DNA of 64,000 nt, taken from Asterias rubens (taxonomy: Eukaryota). Every line of letters starts with the position of its first letter. Positions within the stretch are counted from its first letter, which is position 1. The DNA lies in assembly GCF_902459465.1 (NCBI RefSeq), contig NC_047062.1, positions 16,864,001 to 16,928,000 on the forward strand, given 5' to 3'. The position numbers and the translations under genes were made by a program. Of this stretch, positions 35,260 to 45,493 are shown one piece after another. The notes below the pieces were generated by a model, which did no database searches, was not told the DNA's origin, and saw only the letters and a program-made list of their open reading frames with translations.

Positions 35260-35612
35260 AGACATTGGACACTATTGGTAATTGTCTAAGACCAGTCTTC
35301 TCACTTGGTGTATCCCAACATGCATAAAATAAAACACCTGTGAAAGCTCAATCGGTCGTCAAAGTTGTGAGATAATAATGAAGGAAAAAGCACCCTTGTC
35401 ACACAAAGTTGTGTGCTTTCACATGCTTAATTTCGAGACCTCAAATTCTAAATCTGAGGTCTCGAAATCAAAAACGTCTCGAAAACTTTGTCACTTCAGA
35501 GGGAGCCGTTTCTCACAATGTTTTACACCATCAACCTCTTCCTAATACTCGTACCAAGTAAGGTTCTATCCGAATATATATTTTGAGTAATTATCAATAG
35601 TGTCCACTGCCT
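35260..35612. mobile_element. Kolobok-like MITE family A
   Basis: Same TIRs and body as 1732-2109, with small deletions. Confidence 0.8.
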
Positions 35613-35977
35613 TCAAATTGTAATTTGGTGAATCTAAATTCTTTTCAGAGATATTTCAAAGGCCTTATTTGATGCTGTACAGCTGCCATTTACATTTACA
35701 CACAATTCTGACTATCAAAACATCAGCTATGGAGACATACTGTAAGCAGTTGTCTTCTTTCGTTTGTTCTCTGGACCAAGGTGAACATTGACTGTAACTA
35801 AACTGGCAATTAGTGACTTCAAGCCATTTGATGGTGCCCTCGTCGAGGTCTCTGAGTCTCTGCTCGCCTTCTGGTGGTCTGAAGTCAGGGCAGTCACGAA
35901 TGAAGGAGTAGAACATTTTTGGTCGGCAACACTGACAAAAGCATTGATAACATCATGAATCTCACTGCTAAACTTAC

Positions 35978-36085
35978 CTTCATCTTTTGTAGGTTTTTCC
36001 TCCGCTGTCCCGAGACTTGACAAGAGACTAACACCAAGACGATGCAGATGCTCGCCACTAGCCGCCATCCTCTCCCCATCGCCAT
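35978..36085 (-). CDS. First coding exon of an unidentified secreted or membrane protein (signal peptide); downstream exons unresolved
   Basis: Acceptor TTTTCAG at 36140-36141. The first ATG at 36085 has ACAATGG context and encodes MAMGRGWRLVASICIVLVLVSCQVSG-QRRKNLQKMK, ending at a strong phase-0 AAG/GTAAGT donor. Confidence 0.6.
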
Positions 36086-38486
36086 TGTAGGCTGCCCCTC
36101 AAGCAGCTCAGTCTCTCTCTACACTTTGCAGATCACACTCTGAAAAGTAGGTTGATATACATAAAATGAGGGGGGAAAATCAAATTTAATTACCACCTGA
36201 GTGACTTGCTGCTGAACAAATTGACTTTGACTGTATTATTAGGAGTATAATCTACAGGTCTGGAATACCAGAAGTGCATTGCCACACATTTCACAATCTA
36301 TTAACAGTCTCCAGACTATTAGGCTACGGAATGCTCCAACTTCAAATGTACCATAAACTCCACGAGTATTCCCGCACTGCGCACGTACTGCGAGTAAAAA
36401 TTGTTTAGCTGTCTTCGAGGACGCCGGAGTGATGCAAATAAAAATTATTTGGCTGTCTGCGAGGACGCAGGAGTGACTTGATAGCATTATTTCCCTCAAG
36501 GCTTCCCGTGTTTAAGTGAAAACACAGAGGGTTCAAGATGATATCCAGTAGGTATTAAGTGCAGTGCCCAAGCCAATGAAGAGGGGGGGGGGGTTGATGG
36601 GGGGGGGTTGAAGGGGGGGGGGGCGTCAAGCACTATGTACGTCATACCTATGCATCCTGTGTACGACTCTGAGAATACATTTCTGTCATTGCAATGATCA
36701 TTTATTTAAACCAATGGAGAAAAGACGGCATGTTGATTCTATGGGTTGGGCTTAAATTTATGCACCCTGTTTTGAATTCACTCTAAAACACTCATCAAGC
36801 TTTAACAGATGCCAGACTTTTAACCACGGGCCCAATTTCGTACAGATGTTAAACAAACAAAAAAAGGTTTTAAAAAGCGAAACTTTGCTAGGCAGAAACA
36901 GGTTACCAGCCAAAAGATATATTGTCAGTGACTGGTTCCCTGCTAATTTTTGCACACTCAAGAAGAAATTTCAGCTTAAAACAGCTTTATAAAAATTAAG
37001 CCCAGTGCTTTGATCTCAAAAACTAATATAATACATGTGGTAGTTCCAAATCCTAATTGCTACAGTGAAGGATTCACTGGGGACAGTAGGCCCAAACAAC
37101 AAGTGCGTATCAGTGTCAGCCATTCCAATCTTAAATCTTAGTCCAAGCAAATTGGTGTGGAGTGACATAGAAAAAGAGGAAATAGGATGTCTATAGGCAA
37201 CATGCTAGCAAAAATGCCTGTCACTAAAGTGATGAACAAATGTATTACAAAATTGTCCCTTAATTCCTTTATTTAAATCATAAAAACAGCTTCATTGCTT
37301 TATGTACCATAATCAATTCAAGTTAAAACAAAACACAACAAATATTTATGGTTTTGGTAAATATTATTGCAAAATAGAAGTTGGCACTTTACACTATTAT
37401 TGTTTAGCATAATACACATCATGCAGCAGGTATGTATAGTGTATGGAGCTGAGAAAAATAGTTGACATTATACAAACTATAATTTATGTAATGGCCACCT
37501 TGAGCATTCAAAGTGAAGTACATAAGTATTGACAGTTTTTATTTGTTCATTCATGGTGGATTAGAAATTAATTTAGGTTCTAGGCAGCAGTGGCCTTAGG
37601 CAAAACCGAATGAAAATCACAATATTCTACTGCAAACTTCCGTCAAATAAACAATCATAGCTAATAACGTCCAGACACTTTTTTTCTGGTTTTATTAGTT
37701 GGATCCCTCCCAGGTAACATCCGAATCGGTGGCTACACCTTCTGCAGAGTTTGTGCCTAATATAAATTACACTTCCTTGCCGATCGCACAACATCAGTCA
37801 ACCACCTATGACTCATACCGTTGTTCCTGTTCATGTATAGAGTAGTACAGTAAAACAAGTTTACATACAGTCCCTTTCCAATCTCCTCAGCTCAGCAGAC
37901 CAGACTTAATAACAATCATAAACTACACTTGTCTTCACCGATTCGACGAGCGACAAAGGAAGACATTTATAAATAAAAATGAAGAAACATTTCCTCCATA
38001 TTCAATAGAATCAGTTTGTTTATACCATCATTAGACACATGTTTGTTCAACTAACTTCAAACATATGTATGGGTCAATTGTAACATTAACAATGTATTGA
38101 TCGTCTACAAATATAGAAAAATATAATGTGATAATGCAGTCCCGTCCAACAAATGGAGTCCAATTTCATTTTAAAGTCATTTCCTATTGTTACTGATATA
38201 GATCAGAGGACTTAACAACTGAGGGCCCCAACTGAATAAACCAAGAAAGATCATGGACTCCATGATTTTTACTTGAATATGATCCCAAAATTGAGGTAGT
38301 CCAACCAACAGAGCCAGCCTAGGCAGTAAGTAACTTGGTCAGCCGGCAACCATTCATAAAAAGCACTTCACACTCTGAAAATAACGGCGTTACGTGTGGT
38401 ACCAATGGGATCCGTACCGACAACAACCGCTGATCCGTTGGCAAGACAAAATTGTTAAAGCACAATTCCATTATCGTTCAACTTAC

Positions 38487-38731
38487 CTTTTTTCAAGTTC
38501 AATAGATCAGTGTATAGTGTGGAGTAACGGGATACAAATTACAAGCCAACACGTCTCCTTCTGGGAAGTGTGACTGTTTGTGAGCGGAGTTGGATGAAGT
38601 CTTGGAGATCATAAATAATTTCACATGGCAGTGACTTTGAGATAGATAGATAGAGAGTGGCCTTTTTCACTAAACTTGTCCTAGTCCAAAGGAAGCTATA
38701 TCGTTCGGCCTCAGCGTTCTCAAGATTTATA
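38487..38731 (-). promoter_or_regulatory. Probable TATA promoter and non-coding first exon of the signal-peptide gene
   Basis: TATAAA on the minus strand at 38731-38726 and a consensus donor AAG/GTAAGT at 38487/38486. The next good minus-strand acceptor recognised is at 36140. Confidence 0.45.
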
Positions 38732-40437
38732 ATCCCTGAAGGAGCATAACTACATCTGGTTTAGTCAGAAATGCAATAAAAAATCCTTACTTGTTTATCA
38801 GAAACCCTCCAAGCAGCTTCTTGTAGGCATTTGATGTGAATTACTTAGTAAAATGAAAACTAAAAGAGAATGAGACTGGTCAACTTTAGCTTTTTAAAAT
38901 GTGTAGGTAATCTTACTCACAAGAGGGCGGTACAACAAAACTCATCATCAGCTGTTGTAAACAAACAAGTCGACTGTTTTGACATGTGATAAACAGTTGT
39001 TTACAAAATGTGAAGAAGAGAGCGAGAACATTATCGCAGTGCAAAATAGACTCGCATGCACAAAACGATAAAGACGATGCAATATAACAAGACTAAGTCA
39101 TTATTAGAAGTCAAAGAAGAAGACTAGAGGCTGCTAGCAAAAACCTTGACTCTTCATTGTCCCACCCGCGGTGTGTGTGAATGAATTTTACTCCAGGTGT
39201 ACTTTGTTTTCTTGTGCAAGGTTTTATCTGCAAGCAAAGTTATTTCTTTAGTTTGGAGATGAACGTCTATATGTCTATATGTCACACTATTCAAAGTCTA
39301 TTAAATTGTATAGCCACCCCCGCAAGAGATAGGCCTACTTTTAGTTTGCCAGTGAGTTCATTGCAAGCAAAACTCTACGTTTTAAAGTGTTTTGCATTAC
39401 TCTGTGGTGGCTCCATGATCTGCACTGCATTTCCCTCTGCAGAGAATGAAACAGTTTTAGTCTCTCTACTATTAGTGAGTATAAATTCAACAATGTTACT
39501 AACGTGACAGGTCACTTAAAGTAACCTTTATATACATAATTTCTTCATTTACCTGTGGTCAAATATGAGCAACTTCACCAGACCACGAGTTGCTCTGAAA
39601 ATATCATTGAAAATGCAAGGCTCAACTCCTCCAGCGAGAGCTTCTGTATCATGAACAACTTTAACTTCAGCCCATAGAGTGCTTATGCTCAGCCTACTAG
39701 TCATGACCTATTGCCAGTCGTGTTTGATACAAGCATCAACCGGCCATCCTTTATCTAGGGCCTATGAGTAAGGACGACAGGGTGGGCCGAACTGGACTGG
39801 GTTATATTAATAGGCCAATCAAATCTCAAGATTGGTTTGAAAGTTCAGAGGGGGCGGGGCGTCAGAGCATTCCCGTGTCGTCATCAACCATCATAAAACA
39901 CAGCCCGGGGAGCCAGAGGCAAGGCCTATGCCATTTATTTCAGTAAGCATCCCTAGTCTCGAAAATTTAGCTATCCATTATGTAAAAGAATTCAAAGTTG
40001 CAGTGCGGGGTTTCCCAGCAAAGTCCCACCAATAAAACCCGGCCCTCCTCAACGTAATCTGCCTGTTGGTTGCCAAGGTCTAGTGTGCATTAACCATGGT
40101 ATGGGTATTCATATCGATGACCTACTTAAATTTGTTTGGATTGAAGGGCTGCAGTCAGTGTGCGACTTGGACTTCGAACGCTCGATCCATCTCAAAGGAA
40201 GCAAGTAACCACGCGTGGCTTGACAAATCCTTCCTTTATTTTTTGCTTGAGAGTTTGTGATAATTAAAGTAAGACGTCACAGGAGACAGTGCAACGCGTG
40301 CGCGCATTGTTACCACTATGCCATAGCGATTTCGTTGACGTGTGTTTGTGTGCCATGTACTTTTTAAACACAACATACTGTACATCCAACATCTTAATTC
40401 AGGAAGCTTGAAATTAACCTGTGTCTGAGAAACAAAA

Positions 40438-41586
40438 ATGTTAAGAGAAAGGTCGATACCAAAGTCGCCACAGAGCGGCAGGAATACGCCGAATGAAGTA
40501 TTTTTCAATTCCAAAAATTACACTGAATTGGAACACATTCAGCGCCGTGCACAGAAGAAGCTGCAAAATGCATCATCGAAACGGGAGGAAAGACTCGATG
40601 ATGAGGAGCAAAGTCGGCTGGAAGAGGAGAAACGACGCAAAACGGCAGCGTTGGAAAGAAGTAAAAAGGAAAGCCTAAAACCAAGGGGACCTTGTGATAT
40701 GTGCATCAAGGCCGCCAACTGTGCAACGCAAATGAATGAGCCAAAGGTGTGTAAGAAGATATTGCGAAGGCCTATTGCACCGAGATGTACCTGTATGGAT
40801 CCGACGGACGGACAACTACCCGTCTTAGCGATCGAGCAGCCCGTTGATATTGACGACTGGGCGTACAAACCCTTCAGCACCATCGTTAGCGGAGGTGCCG
40901 CTGGATACCGTGGACACTTCCCGCTACTCATGCAGAAATGCACAGAGGCTGCGGAGAAAGATACCATACAGGTACAGACTGAAACGAGACGTCACTCTGT
41001 CGTCACTACCAACTACCTGACGGGCAGAATCAAGTTAGAATCCACGGGTCATAAAAGTGTCAATCTGAGTGTCTTCCCCGTCCTGCATGTTGTCCTCAGT
41101 AGTAGCGAGGACGAGGACGAGTTGTCATCGTCAGATGCAGGAGACGATTACGAGCAGGAGGACGAGCTGGCGAATCTTCGGCCTCATGCCGCGCAGTCAA
41201 CATCAGAGCATGAGATGCCGACACCGAGAAGACGTTCCCCTGCTGCCTCAAACTCCGGTCAGCAGAGACGGCGCTCGTCTCTCGCCCCTGGGTCATTACC
41301 GGGACGCAGACCCCAAGGACCGGGTACTTCCCCCCGTGTTGTCCGGAGAAGGTCCATTGACCAGTCCTCTCTTGCCCAGTCATTTGCCAAGGCGCTCGAA
41401 GCTGCGATGACCCCGATCTCGGAGGAGGAGAAGCGGGCCGTGTCCCCCGGAGAGGAATTCGACGTGAAACACGCCGAGGAGACGATGATCCATATGGCAC
41501 AGAATCTACAAACTCTAGAAAAGTTTCTGCAAGGAGGTTCCACCAGCTCGGTGTCTGACGTGAGCAGCAGTGACGACAGTTTGTAA
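40438..41586 (+). CDS. Intronless uncharacterised 382-aa protein (charged coiled-coil, Cys cluster, acidic tract, Arg/Ser-rich region)
   Basis: Long ORF in a visibly GC/CpG-rich island within an AT-rich background. An in-frame TGA lies 4 codons upstream of an AAAATG start. No family recognised. Confidence 0.8.
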   Translation: MLRERSIPKSPQSGRNTPNEVFFNSKNYTELEHIQRRAQKKLQNASSKREERLDDEEQSRLEEEKRRKTAALERSKKESLKPRGPCDMCIKAANCATQMNEPKVCKKILRRPIAPRCTCMDPTDGQLPVLAIEQPVDIDDWAYKPFSTIVSGGAAGYRGHFPLLMQKCTEAAEKDTIQVQTETRRHSVVTTNYLTGRIKLESTGHKSVNLSVFPVLHVVLSSSEDEDELSSSDAGDDYEQEDELANLRPHAAQSTSEHEMPTPRRRSPAASNSGQQRRRSSLAPGSLPGRRPQGPGTSPRVVRRRSIDQSSLAQSFAKALEAAMTPISEEEKRAVSPGEEFDVKHAEETMIHMAQNLQTLEKFLQGGSTSSVSDVSSSDDSL

Positions 41587-43204
41587 ACAAGGTCTGCTTA
41601 AACCATTACAAAATTACGGGCGAACGGACGTACGGACCCTATGCGAATGCCAAATCTCGGCAATTATTGACAATGCTAAGCTTTACCTTTCGTATAGAAC
41701 AAGTTTGTCTCCTATGGATCCCGTTTCTGACCTATATGGATTTTTTTAAACAACAAATTCTAACAAAAGACAGCTAGGCATGTTTATTGAAGAGGCAGTA
41801 AAAGTTATGTCCGTTTTCATGCCGATTGACCCGAAAGTTCGGTTTTAAATTTAAATAGTTTGTTTTTTAAGTTTGAGAAAAGTTGGTATCTCTAAAATTT
41901 GGTATTTCTAAAATCCAAATAATAATTCGATTGTTGGGATCCTGACAAAAAAAAATAATGTCCACGTTACATGTATTTTGTTTTTTGCATTTCCGGAGGG
42001 TCGTGGCATACCTCATCTTTCAAAATTCAACAACAGCATCTTTCAAAATTCGTTCAGAGAAAAAAAAAGATAAAACAAAATCTTTCAGAGACCATCGTTT
42101 ATTTTCACATAGATTTATACTTCAATATAATTGTTGTTGAAACATCACTCGATAGGTTCAGAAAAGACTATTTAATCATTAGTCATAATATATGGCAATG
42201 CTTGAAAAAGCTAAAATCTTAGGTCAATGAGAATCGGCAGAAGTTTCCCATACTATAAAATGATACAAATAATGGCCTGGTGTGTAGGCCTATAAACAAA
42301 AATAACATATCCAATACTGGATCAATTTCTTTTTAGTTGCTTTCTCTACAATTATTTTAGCACCCCACAAACTTGACTGAACCCATGGGTCGTTAACTAT
42401 TTTCCCCCAGAGTAAATGTGTGCCTGTTGTAACAAGACCAGTTGGCAAAATGTGGGAATTGGCGCGTAAACTAGTGTTGCACGATGGACATGGTTGTTAT
42501 TTCCACCAATTTATAAATTCACCATCAGAAGGAGCTGCGGCGTTCCCGAGTGCAAATAACACACCGTTATACACCGTTATATGTACGCACGCCTGTGTCC
42601 ACAAAGACACAAAAGATGAAAAGAAAACAAGTAAACGAAACGGAGAATACCGAAACCTGGTAACGGTAGAACCAACCAGCACTGATTTCACACCTGATTT
42701 CATATTAAGTAGCTAGGAAAACGTAACTATTTCACATACATTTGTGGCTAGTTTCCTGCTACGGCGCTCAGCAAAAAATTGGGAAGCAATGTTTTCTGCT
42801 TTTTTTTTTTTAAAGCAGGTCTATGAAATAGGCGCCTGGTTTGCACGCAAACCTTATTTAATTCATCCGTCAATACTCTACACCATTTCGGCCCAACTTG
42901 AAGTCGGCTCTCTGAGCTTCCCGCTTAATTAAACACGCCGCTTTTCTCAATACAACGGAAACGTCATCATTGTCATAGCGGGATTCAATTACGGTGAGGA
43001 AATTAAACTTCGCATGTCAATAAAACCAACGCATTTATCATGCAACAAACATTTCCTACAGCAATGTGTGCATTACGGTTGAAACCTGATGTGATTGGAC
43101 AAGAGACGACAAAAGGACTCAGTGGACATGTTTTTTTGTTTTTTTAAAGGGGAAGAGGTTGGCGGCCCTGAGGGAAAGATAAATAAATTAAATGATTAAC
43201 AATC

Positions 43205-43382
43205 TGGGCCCAATTTTATAGAGATACTTGAGCACAAAAAGTAGCTACGCACAACAAAATTATGCTTACCAGATCAACCCCAAATACTATGTAAAATGTG
43301 TGACTGGTATCCTTCCCATTTCTGCTTAGCGGAAAATTGTTAAGCATTATTTTCTGCTTAAGAAGCTCTATGAAATTGGGCC
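43205..43382. mobile_element. Harbinger-like MITE (GGGCCCAATTTCAT family)
   Basis: Ends GGGCCCAATTTTATAGAG and CTCTATGAAATTGGGCC. Confidence 0.6.
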
Positions 43383-44049
43383 ATGTGCACCCTTTAAAAA
43401 GAAAAAAAGGGTTCCTTTCAGACTGGTACAGGTACCTTAAGTATTTATTTGTCAAAATATTAACATGCACATGTATGACAGAAAACTAGATGATTTCATT
43501 TTTTTGTCGAACTATTTTATTGAGTTTGAAACTCCACCCACAAAATGTACAATATTAATAATCATTGTTTGAAGAAGGGAAAAACAAACAAATGAACCCC
43601 CACAAAAACAGAAGCAGAGCTGAAGTTTTAAGCTTAATGAAATTGGGCCCTGGTTACCAGCCACATTTTGATTATGTACTGCACGTTACTTTTGTCAAAT
43701 TTTGGTAAAATTTTGGCTGAATGGTAAATATTAAACTGCATTTTAGAGCAATTCTTAGTTTGAATAGCTCTGTGCAACTGGATACTATTCAAGCCCAATG
43801 TACAGTCTGCCATCAAAATAAAGAGTTTTTTTTAAATTTGGTTTCTTATTCTCGAAGAAATTAAAAGTGGGGTATATTCAGTTCAAACTGAACTTTTCTT
43901 TAAATCTCATTGCCGGAAATTACAGAGAATAAAGATTACTCCTAAAAAATGTGTCTCCCCCCCCAAAAAAAAAAGTTAGTTAAAAGAGTATTTTCATCAC
44001 GGTTCTATGCGCTGTAAACCAGCAGGACCCTTTTCATAGAGCTGCTTAA

Positions 44050-44416
44050 AGCCATTGGACCCTTTCGGTACAGAAAAAAATAATAAAAGTTCACAGATTT
44101 ACAAATAACTTACAGGGTTTACAGAAGGTAGTGGTGAAAGACTTCTCTTGAAATATCATTCCATGAAATGCTTTACTTTTTGAGAAAACAGTAAAACAAT
44201 ATCAATTCTCAATGTCGAGAATTATGGATTTATTTTAAACACATGTCATAACACGGCGAAACCTGCAGATACAAGGGTGGGTTTTCCCGCTATTTTCTCC
44301 TGACTCCGATGACCGATTGAGCCTAAATTTTCATAGGTTTGTTATTTTATATAGAAGTTGTGATACACGAAGTGTGGGTCTTGGACAATTCTGTTTACCG
44401 AAAAGGTCTAATGGCT
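44050..44416. mobile_element. Kolobok-like MITE family B, full copy
   Basis: TTAA flanks and TIR AGCCATTGGAC. Confidence 0.8.
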
Positions 44417-44956
44417 TTAAAGTGTCCGAATACTTTTTGTAACACAAAACACAATGTCTTCAGATTTACATTAAACTTACACAGTTTGAAGATAATGATT
44501 GTAGAAAGCTTCCCTTAAAATATTACTTGCCGAGGTGCTGTAGTTTTGAGAAATTAGTAAAACAATGTCACAAAAATAATGTTTCGCCTCAGTTTTAATA
44601 GCATGTAAAATAGCATTTAATAGTATTTACCAGTAACTGGTTAGTACTATTTTTTGTTGGTGCGACTTGTTTTATATTTGCTGCTTAAAGGAACTGGATA
44701 CTAATGAAATCTGAAAGCACACAAGGGTGACAAGGGTGTTTTTTTCTTTAACTATTATCTCGCAACTTCTTTTACCAATTGAGTTCAAATTTTCACAGGT
44801 TTGTTATTTTATGCATATGTTGAGATACACCAAGTGAGAAGAGTGGTCTTTGACAATTACCAAAGCTGTTCAGTGTCTTTAAACAGCTCTATGAATTTGG
44901 GCCCTGGTTATCTTCAAGATATTAAGACTGTTAAGCACGTTGAATAGTTGGGTTGA

Positions 44957-45459
44957 CTAACTGGGTCTACTCTTCATCAGTAGTTCTACTTCTTCAAGAG
45001 GACCACGGATATGAAGCTCCTTCTCAATAAGCAGATCTTGACAATCTTGAAACTTTAATGGTTGATGCCTTCCTGCATCCACATACAACGCTTGGCAATG
45101 AAAAGAAAATGATGGGAACCCCACTTCTCAGGACTGATACACCTCTTGATTAGTCTAACTGGGTCTACTCTTTATCAGTAGTTCTACTTCTTCAAGAGGA
45201 GCACGGATATGAAGCTCCTTCTCAATGAGCAGATCTTGACAATCTTGAAGCTTCAATGTTTGATGCCTTACTGCATCAACATACAAAGCCTGGCAATGAG
45301 AAGCATGTTGAATAGTTGGGTTGTCTAACTGGGTCTACTCTTCATCAGGAGTTCTACTTCTTCAAGAGGAGCACGGATATGAAGCTCCTTCTCAATGAGC
45401 AGATCTTGACAATCTTGAAGCTTCAATGTTTGATGCCTTACTGCATCAACATACAAAGC
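44957..45459 (-). repeat. Three additional tandem copies of the NRDE2 terminal coding exon (45459-45325, 45289-45155, 45091-44957)
   Basis: Each copy is 135 nt, open, and ends in SRPS-TAG. Copies at 45459 and 45289 are preceded by TTCTCATTGCCAG acceptors. The copy at 45091 has CCAA in place of CCAG. Confidence 0.95.
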
Positions 45460-45493
45460 CTGGCAATGAGAAGCATGTTGAATAGTTAGGTGT

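Noticed and set aside
41096-41590. 164-aa and other ORFs antisense to or overlapping the 382-aa ORF
   Set aside because: Shadow frames of a GC-rich coding region, with no motifs.
42400-43080. CpG-richer stretch with ORFs, one containing SDGEFIN (integrase-like DNGGEF)
   Set aside because: The match is too short and no other DDE motifs or terminal repeats were found; left unassigned.
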